NCBI GenBank assembly: GCA_004022145.1
Contig: RCNU01000005.1
DNA length: 64,000 nucleotides
Source of the DNA: Paecilomyces variotii
Taxonomy: Eukaryota
Strand: one strand, 5' to 3'
Shown here: one piece after another, positions 13,924-26,406 of the stretch
Numbering within the stretch: position 1 is the first letter of the stretch
How the letters are laid out: each line of letters starts with the position of its first letter
Translations under genes and position numbers: made by a program
Notes under the pieces: generated by a model
What the model saw: only the letters and a program-made list of their open reading frames with translations
Database searches by the model: none
What the model was told of the DNA's origin: nothing

Positions 13924-16014
13924 TCAGGTCTTCTTGATGAAAAGTACTAGATATCCCAGCAGTCGATAAACGGCAATGATTCCGATCATGATACCCACCC
14001 AGGTTCCTTCAATATTGGGGTTAATTCCAAATTGCTGCAACACCGCAAGACCACTGATCTTTCCAACGGAATTCAAGTCACTTGGATACATGCATTGATA
14101 TTTGCCATCTCCGATGAGATCACACTCATAGGTGCGGTGCTTGAATTCATTCACCATCATGCCCTGAAAGACGTAGGCCTGATAGTCAATGTAATGAAAG
14201 ACGTATTTCCAGAAAGGATTCAAGGTCCCCATTGGAACGAGGAAACCGTCGACGCACATCCATAAACCATTGGCGAATGCAGTGACGGCAAGAGCTACCA
14301 CGAAAATCGGGAATAGGGATGAGACCAGAACGACAAGGGATTCAGCGGCGACCAGATCCAGGAAGAGCCATAGAACGAACATCCAGAACGAATCAGCGTT
14401 TGGACGCATATTGGTCAGCCAATACTGTACCACGGCGAAAAGCAGCGTGATCAGGAACAGGAATGGCAGACCGATGAGGAAGTTGGAAATTGTGAATGCC
14501 AGCGGTCCAACTAGCCCATTAGCCCTCTCCTTGGCAAAAGTGGCTCGATCTTCCAAGAAAGCCGGCACATATGCCACTGCCATAAAAGACATGAAGGCCG
14601 AGCTGAAGAATATTGAATTCACAAATGGCTGGATATGGGACTGAGTCGTGCTGAAACGTAGGAATACTGTTCCCATCAGGATCGCCAAGCCAAGGTACAT
14701 GATCACGCGAGTTCCATAGGCGACAATGTCACGATATGCTTTAATCCATGATCGATGAAGCAGTACCCAGGGGATCATCCATGGTGCAGCCTTTGCTGCT
14801 CTGACCTCGGAGACATTGGGAATGCCCTTTTCAGGATCGCCTGACATGTTAATGACCATATCGATCTCCTCCTTGAGCCTGGTCGCTTCAACAGATGAAG
14901 CCCATGAACTCGCGATATGTTTTACACGGTTTTCGGCATCGTCACCCTCTTTCGCGATGTCCATATTTATCAAATCCAGATAGAACTCGGCGGGGTTGAC
15001 TTTCTGAGGCATTCGGTAGCCGATTCGCTCGAAGTATTCGCCAGCTGTGTTGACGGGTCCGAAGTAACAAGTCTTGCCTCTCGACAGAAGACATAATTTA
15101 TCGAACAGCTCAAACGTCTTGGTCGATGGTTGATGGATTGAAGCGATGACTATGAGCTGGGTCCGAATATGTTCAGTATCCAAGCTTAAAGACATAGAAT
15201 GCAGGCAAACTTACATTATTCTTCCTTCCAACTTGCTTGATATAGTTCATCACCTCGAAACTGAGAGTTGAGTCCAAGCCGCTGGTGGGCTCATCAAGGA
15301 AGAGGATTTTCGGGTTCGTAACCAACCGACTGGCGACCTCGAGCCTCTTCTTTTGACCACCACTCAGCCCCTTCTTGATGGGTGTTCCCACGATTGTCTG
15401 AGCTTGAGATTGCATTCCAAAGCTGGAGATCAGGTCGTCTACACGTTGGATTCGCTCTTTCTTTGATACAGAGCTATTGTAGCATCATTCAGCAAGATGA
15501 AAGACAAATAGGGTAATGGAAGGATGTATGGCGCTGCTTACCTTGGTAATGCAAGCCTTGCAGCGAAATGCATTGTCTCATGAACGGTCAAGCTCCCTAT
15601 CAAGGCATCGTCCTGCTCGACGTAGCTCGAGAGCTCACGGATCTCATTGACACCAATTGGCTGCCCATTTGCCAGCCTCAATCCGGTTGTGACAGCGCCT
15701 GCTGCTGCTTTTCGATGTGCAATGGAATTTAGAAGAGTGGTTTTTCCAGAGCCACTGGGTCCCATGAGGGCAACCATTTCTCCACCATGGATGATTCCAT
15801 TTGCGTCGGTCAAAATAGAGAGGGGCCTTCCACTGGCGTGGTCCTTGACCTTGACTTCTATGTCTTTCCATGCGTAGTTGAGGACAAGGTCGTTTGCAAG
15901 GTGTGCAGATTTCAAGTTACCCAGCTCAAGGTCCTCTGCCATGTTGTCATTTCTCTGTGTCTGCTCCTCTCGTGCCGTGTCTGTGGACACTGATCTTCTG
16001 GGGATCGGAACCAT
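13924..16014 (-). CDS. ABCG (White-type) half-size ABC transporter, NBD-TMD
   Basis: Walker A GPSGSGKTT, signature LSGGQKKRL, Walker B LFLDEPTSGLDS, H-loop SIHQPS, NPAEF, then a multi-helix TMD. Two introns; the ATG at 16014 is a tentative choice. Confidence 0.93.
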
Positions 16015-17195
16015 GATATATAGGTCACTGTAGGCTGTAGTCTTCAACTATAAAGCGGTCATGGAATTCTTTATCAAGAATGAAAACGGAAGTTTAAAAC
16101 AGAATATACGCATGTACATACGATGTCTCGTAGGTGCGAATATCTTCTTGGAATAAAACAAAAGGAGAACCAATGCATAAGCAGGTACATCTAATATAAG
16201 AAATACTGCTCTCTCTAAAAGCATCTCCATGTTATCGGGCTTCTTCAACTGTTCCTCGCGGTGACTTTAGGGCTATTCCTAGATTAGGGTACCAGAGAGT
16301 ATACATTTCCATTACTCCGACGACCCCGAGCATTCAATTGCGATATGCTGTATACTTGGAATGAGTCCCTATAGTTCATAAGACATGTTCTGTCCCAAAA
16401 CGGACATCCCTAACTGATTGGGGAAGATGTGGTTCTTCAAGCTCGCCGACGTGCGGACTGTCGGAGCATAAAGCAGAAAGTCGCCGAACGGACCTAAATC
16501 CTTCATGGTCACCGACGTCTCCGATCAGAGTCGATATCGCCTCTCTATTTTTCTTTTTTTTTTTTTTTGCCTTTTGCTGCTCTGTTGGGAGCCGAATTCT
16601 GGGGAGCCCCGAGAAGTAAGGAAGGTAACGCTGCTTCACGGCGTCCGTAGCGTTGGAGGCCATCGTCAATTTACCAAATTGCGCGTCTAATTCCATTGCT
16701 GGAACACTACAAAATACAGTTATTCCGGGCGTCAGCTCAGTTACAGCTGAATAGGTTTGTGTTTGACACGTCACATGCATACTCCGAGCTCAGAGGACAG
16801 ATGGCAAAACAAGTCTTGCTTTTTATTCACGATATACTCTAGTGGGACATATCAGTGGTTATCACTTGAACTAGAACTCTTTTAAATGATCGAAGAGCGA
16901 TTGCCCTTCTCGAAAATGGTCAGTCCTGGTCTGTTGTCGAGTTCAGCTCAGTCTTGCGCTCTCTCAAGACGACCGGGCAACTAGGGATATACGCATTAGT
17001 TACCTAAGAAGCTTATCCTGTCAACTACGTAGGAACGGAAATAGATTGGTACAAAGCTTATTGGTTTTTCAACACGATTATATTGAAGTCACGTCGTCAC
17101 ATCATCTCATTCATCTGAACCTTCTATGCTTTTCCCCCGGACGCCTTAACACAGTCAACTCCTCATCACATCACCAAACACGACACCGCAGATAG

Positions 17196-17450
17196 CTAAT
17201 CAGCCTTGGGGCCCTTGGGAGGGTACTTCTTGCCCTCTACCTCTACTTGCGGAGTGCAAGTGCAGCGTTCATTCTCAGGAATCTGGTCCATGACGTTCGG
17301 AATGTGCTTTCCACAACCCCACCAAGTAGCTTTGTCTATTGCCATGTCAGTCTGAACAGCCTTGGAAATAGAGCACCTTGCAATAGTTGTTAGACAGGGG
17401 TCAATAGGGGTCTACATACGGCAGTTGTCGCAAGTGGCCTTCAAACACAT
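17196..17450 (-). CDS. 56-aa Cys/His-rich microprotein, putative metal-binding, function unknown
   Basis: Exon 1 17450-17420, intron GTATGT...CTGAC...TAG (17419-17336), exon 2 17335-17196. Gives MCLKATCDNCHKATWWGCGKHIPNVMDQIPENERCTCTPQVEVEGKKYPPKGPKAD*. Absent from the ORF track. Confidence 0.85.
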
Positions 17451-19149
17451 TTTGGTAGATTTGAGGTTGTCGATGCGGAGGCTCGATGTGATATTTCTGA
17501 TCTATGATATGAACTTTGCGTGTTGCAAGTCACGGCTTGATTTCGAACCCAAGAGGCAGGAGCTAGCTAGATGTATGACTTCAAATTGTAGTCAATAGAG
17601 AAATAAAGGTTTGGATGAATTTCAGTCGCATGATTTAATTGATTTAAGACAGGTTGCCCTGACTCAAAGCGGGGTCTACTCGAACGGTTCCGGCGGCAAT
17701 TCTACTGTAATGGACCCCGAAGCCCGAGAGAATAGTTGAGAATAGGCCAGACAGGTTCCCTGGAGTTGACGTAAGCATCTACTAAGCAGCACCAACTAAC
17801 AGTTAACTATAGCTATGACAGGGGGCGGCAATCTAATGATAACGACGATAACTATAGGAGTAATAGTGAGAAGGGGGAACGATGAGCTGCATGAGACCAT
17901 GAAGGGGCTACTGGGGATGTGTGAGAACCCTAGAAGACCCCCGGACGATTCGAAGGGCTAGAGTATTGTTGTTCTGGGGAAAACGACTGCGGCTCATACG
18001 TCGATCATGACGGCTTGGCCAATTATAGACTTCAGACTGCATATTTCACGCCTGAAATGAATCCCTCGACGTCAGTTGGCTTGCTGCTCAGTTGAACAAT
18101 AATTTTCCAAGTATACCTAGAGCTCTGAATGCGCCGGCCGCTGGTTCTGCTCGGCCGAATTGCCCTCGGGCTTTTCGGGGTCCTTCGGGCTCCTCCTTCT
18201 CCCCGGGGATACGCTCTGGGATGCGAGAATCCTTCTTGAAACAAGGTGCGACGTTTCTTTTCAGTACTATGAGCCACGTCGTCTTCAGGGGTTTTTCTAT
18301 CCCAATCTGGAAAGCACCGGGTTGTCCGTTGGACTGGACGGCGTCCAGTGATTGTCTCTGCCAGAGACACCGCTTATGTGACTCGGTGTCGCTAGCCTGC
18401 ATGGACTCATTAACTGACAACATGCGAAGAGAAGCAGGATAGCGGAGCAATCAGATCTCTGAGGGAGTTGTATGTTTATAAACCTGATATAGAGAGTAGA
18501 GATATACTTTTTGATATCGATCGCGCAATCGCCCTATTAGATCTAGCGGACCAGTCAGCTAAGGCACAGATCTAGGTGGATTCAACTCAACGTCGCAGGG
18601 ACCAATAGCTAAATTGGCGGGCATATAGTCGAACGAGACAGTTAGACATCACTAGAGCTTCAACGTGTCTGTCTAATCCAGAACAGGGTCAAGTCCTCGA
18701 GGCGAGTGCTGGTGGCCGAAATGGCGGGCCCGGGAGTGTGGAGAAAAGGTTCTTTGGCAGTCAAACGCAGTTTTTATTCCGGACCCTTAGGCTAAAGGTA
18801 TCAAGAGAGGAGAGAGTCTGTTGGAGAGATCCACAGGAAAGTACTCTAATGTTTGGTCGCCTGTCCGGGTGGTCGCCGACGGGGACCTCCTTCATCGAGT
18901 CCATGCATATTTTCACCACCTTCCAAAGCCGTGGCGCCACGCCCATAATGTCTTTGCAGATTGGATTATAGACGCCATGACAGACGCCTCCGTTCGAAAA
19001 ACCACCGCTGAACAATGTGGATGCTTTTTTGGTCAGAAAAAAATTTATATGAATGAGCTTAAATGGTCGCCCGGAGCATAACTATACCAATCCTCTCCCG
19101 CCGTCAATATCGAGGTCAACATTCGTCCGAATCAGGCTACATAGTAGCC

Positions 19150-21092
19150 ATGCAAACACCACACGACCTGTCAAGCCAAAAGCAGGATAATCCTGTATCA
19201 TCCGCCTGTGTTCCATGTCGGTCTCGCCATTTGAAATGTGACGGGGTCGCGCCTACCTGTAGTCGTTGCCAAACTACGAACACGAACTGTTATTACATCC
19301 AGTCCCGGAGAGGATTGAGACCAAACAAAGCAGACAATGCATCATCCAATGTGCCTTCGCAAGCCTCTCTTCCTCTGGAGGGATCATCAGACACGGATGC
19401 TATTCTGGATCCGAGCTATGATCCTGCGATGTTTTCCGGGCTGGGAATGGATGATCTGTCCTCCGAGTTTCTGTTTGGGAGCCTTCCTATGCAAATGGGC
19501 CAGGTATGCTGACTTCAAGATTACAGTCCACATCGACTCACTCTCAAGACTGACTTTTAGCGAACCGCAGACACAGCAGAGTCTAGAGCAAGCAGTGGAA
19601 GCAAGCTCAACACTCGATCTCCCGAATGCTGTGGATATTCCTCCCAGTGAACTCGTACCGTCGCTTGGGGATAAATCGACATCTCCATCGTTTCGAGAAG
19701 TGGCATTTGACCCTATGATCCAGCTCTACTACCAGAATTTTCACGGCTCTCATCCGTTCGCTATCCCCTGGAAGGCTGTTAATAGCCCCCTGTGTCAGTA
19801 CTTGCCATCCTACTTACTATCGGTTATGCGGTATATCGGCTCTCATTATCATCCGAATTTATCATTCAGAGATATATACCAGAGAAAGGCCTATTCGGAA
19901 TTATCTAACGATATTTCACGGACGGGTTTCAAGGTTCAGGGCTTGCTTCTTATCTCCATTGTGGACCACGCCTCTGGATACGAAGACAAAGCGCTTCAGA
20001 CACTTGATACAGCTATAAAGATGGCTCTCGATATTCAGATGAACAGGGAGTCGTTCGTGCGCGACAACTCTGGCGGAAACGCTATTCTCGAGGAGAGTTG
20101 GCACCGGACGTACTGGGAGCTGTATGTTGTGAGTGGGTTGTTTGCCGCATTTAGACAACAAACCACGTTTGCTCTGCATAGTCAATATGCAGACATAAGA
20201 CTTCCGTGCAGTGATGAGATCTACAATAGAGCCGGTGTGAGTGTTTCCCTTTCTGTTGAGTCTTTTCATATTGTTCCCATGCTGATAACTCGAAGTTGAT
20301 CCCGCGGGGAAGAACTCTTGAAGAATTCCAAAATTACTGGCTACACGACGATCCAAGCAATAATTTCTCCTCATTCTCGTATCGCATACAGACTACACAA
20401 ATCCTAGGTACCATACTATCTTTGGGCCACCATATGGACAGCAGTGATGAAATCCAAGCGGAGGCAATCGATGCTCGTCTTGCTTCATTGGCCATGCATC
20501 AACCAGCGGCGCAGCGGGAAATTTACAGAAGTAACGGCACTCTCGATGAGATGGCTCTTCAAGCACAGATGATCAATTACCTGTGAGTACCGGCACAGCT
20601 TACCCAGCGCCGGATCCGAACCCAAAGAAACAGATACTGGCGCGGCGTGATCATGATACTAACAGTGTATCCGTCTCCAGGTCGTTAATTTGTCTTCACT
20701 ATCCCCGTTCAAACATGCGATTCGTACCCTTCCGAAACCCCAGCTCTTGCGTCCGACAACGCACAATAGAGGATAGCAATAGCACACTGCCAAACCTCGA
20801 TCTCCACTCGGTGAAGGCTCTCAGGGCAGCCGACATGCTAGCAAGCCTGGCAGCCCTTCCAAGTCCTATCAAACGACAGAGTCCTTTCATGACCTGCGGT
20901 CTTGCAATAACTGTCACCGTCCATCTAGCAGCCGCTCTGACACAAGCTGGGGGCACTAGACTAGACACTCTGAAAGCGAGAATCGATCTCGCACTCGGTG
21001 GATTGAATATGCTGGGTGAGGTGTGGCCGCTCGCTCAGGCGATCAGGAAACAGCTCGTGGGCTTATACTCCGAGATGATCGCAAAGCATTGA
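19150..21092 (+). CDS. Zn(II)2Cys6 transcription factor with fungal-specific TF middle domain
   Basis: CVPCRSRHLKCDGVAPTCSRCQTTNTNC binuclear cluster; YYQNFHGSHPF and EESWHRTYWELY middle-domain motifs. Introns about 19504-19570, 20235-20295 and 20583-20680. Alternative in-frame ATG at 19063. Confidence 0.9.
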
Positions 21093-23466
21093 TAATTTCC
21101 TTCTTATGCTGGAGATTTCAGTTGGTTCATGGTCATGGCGCGACTATTTTGCGTTTGCATTTACACATAGAGTTCGCCGGCATTATACCCCTGCAAGCTG
21201 GCGAAAGTCTGTCTGGAAAAATAATATCTAAAACAGTACATCTAATTTACAAAGTTCCTAATGTATATACCTCATTTAACACGAGAGAATCAAAGTACAC
21301 TACGTCTTTACATCTTTGCATAACAACCGACAAACCAATGCCACCAGCGTATATCGATGCGACAGTAACAAAACTGCTTATCCAAAGCATATTCATCCCA
21401 CTAATAAACATGTCCGCTAGGATATCCAGCAGCAATAATTGATTAGTATTATATTAGATACATAGTCTTCTAGAGTAGACTAGACGCATCGCTATAATAA
21501 CATAATCACTTGTTACAAGTTGTAGTTAGAACTATGGTATATCGAGCAACCACCCCCCATTATTGTCCGGAGTCCGGACACTCGAACCCCCTTGCTACAG
21601 TAAGTATGTAAGTGGCGCAAGATCGCCGAAGTCAGTGGGCTCTTAACTAAGCTCGGCGATGCGTCCGGGGTTCATCTACCAAGTTTTTCTTTTTTCTTTT
21701 CTTTTTTTTTTTTTTACTTTTTTAACTTAAGGTTAAGTTTCCCGATTCGGTCGAGAGGTCAAGATCCCCGAGCGACGGACTTGAAACGTCGCCAAAGCTG
21801 CAATTTTCACACTTCGATGTGCAGGTACTGGGCAGTAATTATTGATACTGCATGGTTTAAAGTAGTGGATGTGGATTTGAGCCCGAATGGTTAATTGGTT
21901 CCGGATCTTTTGTGGGGTTGGGTGATAATAATATAAGTTTGGAAAAGCGCTTTTACAGTAGTACTTCTGATCCCCGAGACTCCCCGGGTGACGAGAGTAT
22001 AGGTCGATTGTTATTTTGGATGTGCGAAGAGCATGTATAATAAATAATACGCAGTGTATTAAGATGTTTCTCTTATTCTTATGCTGTTTCTGGATAGTTT
22101 GTGGTATTATCATTGTATGTATTTTCTCCGCACGCAAGCTCGAAGCAGATATACTACGTACACTACCACTCGTTCGTGGAGAAATAGCCAGGAATACCAA
22201 AATGATCACCATACAGCTTATGGTTAGTTAAATTTTTCTTTTGAATATACTCTTACTGTCTCCAGCTGAATTCAATTCAATACTGGGGTAGAAACGATGT
22301 GAATTGGCAGAAGCGTGACCTCTTCATCCTTAAACTACTAACTAGATAAGTAAGAAATTGTCGAATTCTAGTTAGATAGCACGGTAAGCATAAGCATGGT
22401 CTGACTTGAACGCTTTGAATCGTGTCGAATCCTAAACAGCACGGAAGCAGAATCTGAATTGCTTGCTTGCTTGACTCTAGGTCTAGTGGGGAATTGAACC
22501 CATATTCATTCTCTATAGCTATACAAAGGATCTAGTAATCAAGTAATCTAGTAGGTTAGATCTATCCTATAATTAGGATTCAAAGAATCTGCCACAAACG
22601 GATGATTGACAGATCACCTGGCGTTTGCTTTGTGCGCCGACACGGCGGCGTACATAGAATGCTGCGGTGGATTCGAGGTTTTATGACGAGGAAAGAATCG
22701 ATCGAGGAATCGTCGCGTGATGTTTGTGGTTTTGTTTACGGGCGGGTTGTTTTGTGCGAGCATTTGCGCAAAGAGTGGTGAATTGGATGTTTCCGATTAT
22801 GCTTTGTGTCGTTGGGAAGTGGGTTGTTACTGTGGCGTTTCTTTTTTTTAAAAAAAATGAGAGTGTTGGTTAACTTGAGGAAAGTATAGATCGTGTTGTA
22901 CTGTAGTTACATGATGTAAGAGAACTAGTCACGGGTAATAATATGAGATGAACACACAAAGAACTAGAGATTCTGTCCTTTCCTTAGAGCATCTCGTGAT
23001 ACCTTATTGGAGCGTCGAGAACTCCCGTAGGTAAAGAAATAAATCATAACTAATTCGGATTTGATTGCCAAACTTCCTGTCCCTTGACTAAGCTATCGCG
23101 ATCTTCGTACAAAAGAAAGAAACTCTGTTTACATTATTATGATTACCGGTATCTCAGTTGGCAGTCAAGAGTGTGATAATATAGGTAATATATACAATTA
23201 AAGAAATTAAGGGTATCTGGTTCTACTTGACAATAACAGAGGGACAAACAAGACAGTGGCACGAGCACACGTAAATCAGCAATTCTCGGAATGAGGCAGG
23301 AGTCGAAAAGAACAAAGACTTCCAGATCACACAACCAGCGAAAACAAGTGATGCTGCATTTCGTGTCTCAACCGGAACGCCTGCGGACCACCTATCCTCG
23401 ATTATAGTCGTTAAAATTGTGACTTCATCTGTCTCATTCCATGAACAATTCGACCAGCGTCGCGCT

Positions 23467-25232
23467 TCAAACCTTGGTGTCCTGGACAATGTCGGTACTG
23501 GAGTGCTTGGACATGTGGTCACTGCCCTCAACACCACAGATAACATCGCGAGTGATCTCGACGTAGTCGTACTGCACAAAGAAGAAAATTAGCTAATCTA
23601 GTCCAGAAATTGTAGATGAGGAGTCCTCAACGGGGGAAGGAACATACAGCAAATTCGCCGATCTCAGCATCGTCGATGCCCATGATCTCGTCTTCCTCAG
23701 AAGCCCGGAGGCTCAGACCAGGAATGAAGTTCAGGATGAGCAGGATCACGCAGCTCAGCACAAAGGAATAGGCGAATCCAGAGACGGAATCGGCCAGCTG
23801 ATATCCGAGCTGAATGTAGTGGTGGTTAAGCCAGCCACCGGGGATGACGGTGACGCCATCAAGATGGGCGATGTAGTCGCTTTAACAGATGTTAGCCATA
23901 CGCTGTCCCAAGGGAAGTTCAAAGGATATAGGGCACTCACGCAGCAAAGAGGCCGGTCATCATGTTTCCCACGATACCGCCGACGCCGTGGACAGCAAAG
24001 ATATCCAAGGCATCGTCCACCTTGAGAAGGTACTTCAACTTCGTAGCGTAATTGCAAGCAGCAGCGCCAACAATTCCGAAGATAACGGCAGCCCATGGAG
24101 GGACGAAACCAGAGCCGGGAGTGATTGCCACCAGACCAGCAATGACGCCAGAGCAGAATCCGACAGTCGACCACTTCTTCTCCAGGCGGTAATCCAGCAG
24201 ACACCAGGTGACACCACCCACGGAGGCAGCCAGGTTGGTGACGACGGCCGCCATGACGGCGCGGAGGTTAGCGCTCAGAGCGGAACCAGCATTGAAACCA
24301 AACCAGCCGACCCAGAGGAAAACGGTTCCGATAACGACGTGACTGACATTGTGCGGGCGGTAGTTGAGCTCGTGGGTTCCGTGCCCGCGACGCTTGCCCA
24401 GCATGAGAGAGTAGGCAAGGGCTGCAGAACCGGAAGCAATATGGACGGGAGTACCACCGGCAAAGTCCAATCCACCCAGCTTGTACACCCAGCCGGAGGA
24501 GTTCCAGGTCCAGCAAGCAATTGGATCATAGACGATGGTCGACCAGACGAACATGAAGATAACGCAAGGCAACATACGGCCACGCTCCGCAGCAGCACCG
24601 GCGGCAAGAGCCACACTAGATGAACAGTCAGCAAATTTCCACAGCCGTTATCAGGCAGTGTGACTCACGTAATAGCAGCGAACATGCCCTGGAATATGGC
24701 GAAAAGAAGGTCTGGAACCTTGGTGCTTCCCACGGAAGGCACTGCGAGGACGCCCTTGAAACCAAAGTTTCTCAGGTCACCGATATAGGGGCCCGCCGTG
24801 TGGGAAAATGCCAAAGAATAACCCCAGAAGAACCATTGAAAGCTGATGACGCCAACTGACATGATGGAGAGCCAGATCAGGGACAGGGCGGACTTGCGAC
24901 GGGCGAGGCCAGAGTAGAAAAAGCTAGGTTTGGTCAGCACTCATCCTCACGGTCAGGAGTAAGTACTCTTTCGACATACCCAACACCCGGAATCATGAGC
25001 AGCACCAGAGCGCTGGACACGATGACCCAGGAAATGTCACCCGCCTGTGAGGGTGGTCAGTTAATTATGCCATCTCTATAAAAAAAAGGTGGGATCCAGT
25101 TCAGGGAAGACGGACATTGTAGTAGACATTCAGGTCTTCTGTAAGAGAATCACCGCCATTGCCCGTCTGCGAGCCGGTGTATGGAATGAGAACGGTGTAG
25201 TTCAGGTTCGACAGGTCGGGTGTGCCCGACAT
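23467..25232 (-). CDS. Amt/Mep-family ammonium transporter
   Basis: FQGMFAAIT, GAAAERGR, DFAGGTPVHI, WVGWFGFNAGS, GLVAITP, DDALDIFAVHG (both pore histidines present). ATG 25232; last exon YDYVEITRDV...DTKV*. Confidence 0.95.
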
Positions 25233-25557
25233 TCTGTGCTGATGGACCTCGAGTCCGGATTTTGTTTAAGTCGAGTAGCGGATAATATTGAATACCCCTG
25301 ATGGATCAGAAGGGATCGTCGACCTTGAAGAGCCCGGGTCCGTCAGAGAGAGGAAGCACCAACACCAGGAGAGGTAGGCGGCAGAGAAAGACACTGGTGA
25401 GGCCAGGATACGGCGGGTGACTAACGAAGGGAGGGAATATCAAAGTAAGCCCTATGGGAGGATCCTAGCAAGTAGATATACGCAGGACATCGCGGACGAT
25501 AAATACTAATAGATACTGGGGGCCGTTCTCCGGAGCCCCGGCAGAACGCCGCACAGC

Positions 25558-26406
25558 AGATAGAGATCTACCCATGGATTCAGGCGCCAGTAGCGTTCTC
25601 AGCGGACGGTTCCATCGAGTACGACCAGGAGCGTCCCCCGGTGGAGTATCTATCACTCGGCTCTGGAGAACCTACAGAGTTGCCATGGAGTCAAAAAGGC
25701 GCTTTGATCAATCATTGGTCTCAGATCTCATACCACGACCGTTACAGCTCCCTTTTTCCATCTCTCAGGGACTCAATGTTCGTACTGAGAACAGCTAGTA
25801 GAAGAGAATCTTTCAGATCCGATCGAGACAGCTCCGAGATAGCGTACGTATGCTGTGGGCAATCAGCGTAGCCATCCCGATGCCACATCCGCCACCACGG
25901 CTTGGTGAACGTGCTAGACGCAGATGAAAGATAATGGCGAGATTCGATTTCTATTTTCGCTGACAGACGCGAGATGATAGCAGCAGAGACAGGCTGGTAT
26001 CTTGCCATCGGACTGGCTGTAGATATGAAGTTGCCACGGGCCAATCAGGATCGCCGCTTGGCGCGACGCCAAGTCCCGCCCAGAGAAACGCCCATCGTAT
26101 TGCTGATACCGTATTTCCCCCTGACCTGCCACGGTAACCAGACTGTTCCTGCCCAAAAATACCAGCTTGTTACCAGTTGTGACGGGCTTATATCGCTAAT
26201 CTCTGTTCTTATCTGGCCAATCCCATTGCAAGAAACCCTTATCAAGATCGTTTTCCGCAACACATTCTTGTCATCACCATATTATTACCTAGTTATCTGC
26301 CATACCATACTGACTTTGACTACTGAAGGATCGATTCTACAGACGTCTTTTTGTCTCTGTCACGTTGTCCTGTCTTTTTTCTTTTTTTTGCACAGTACAT
26401 CTATCA
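25558..26406. promoter_or_regulatory. Cluster of HGATAR (AreA/Nit2 GATA-factor) sites upstream of the ammonium transporter
   Basis: HGATAR or its reverse complement at 25558, 25650, 25837, 25929, 25975, 26209, 26239, 26293 and 26401. Consistent with nitrogen-metabolite regulation of Mep genes. Confidence 0.6.

Noticed and set aside
16376-16780. 134-aa minus-strand ORF upstream of the ABCG gene
   Set aside because: It runs through a poly-T tract (poly-Lys) and has no recognisable homology.
18032-19015. Several 80-120 aa ORFs in the divergent promoter between the microprotein and the TF
   Set aside because: They overlap on both strands, with no splice pattern or conserved motif. Likely GC-rich promoter noise.
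21765-21795. Hairpin GCGACG-N9-CGTCGC resembling a tRNA T-arm on the minus strand
   Set aside because: G53 is mismatched and no matching 5' half, D-arm or anticodon arm could be built.
22481-22505. B-box-like GGTTCAATTCCC on the minus strand; a similar motif near 13650-13675
   Set aside because: No cloverleaf or A-box at a suitable distance. At most a degraded relic.
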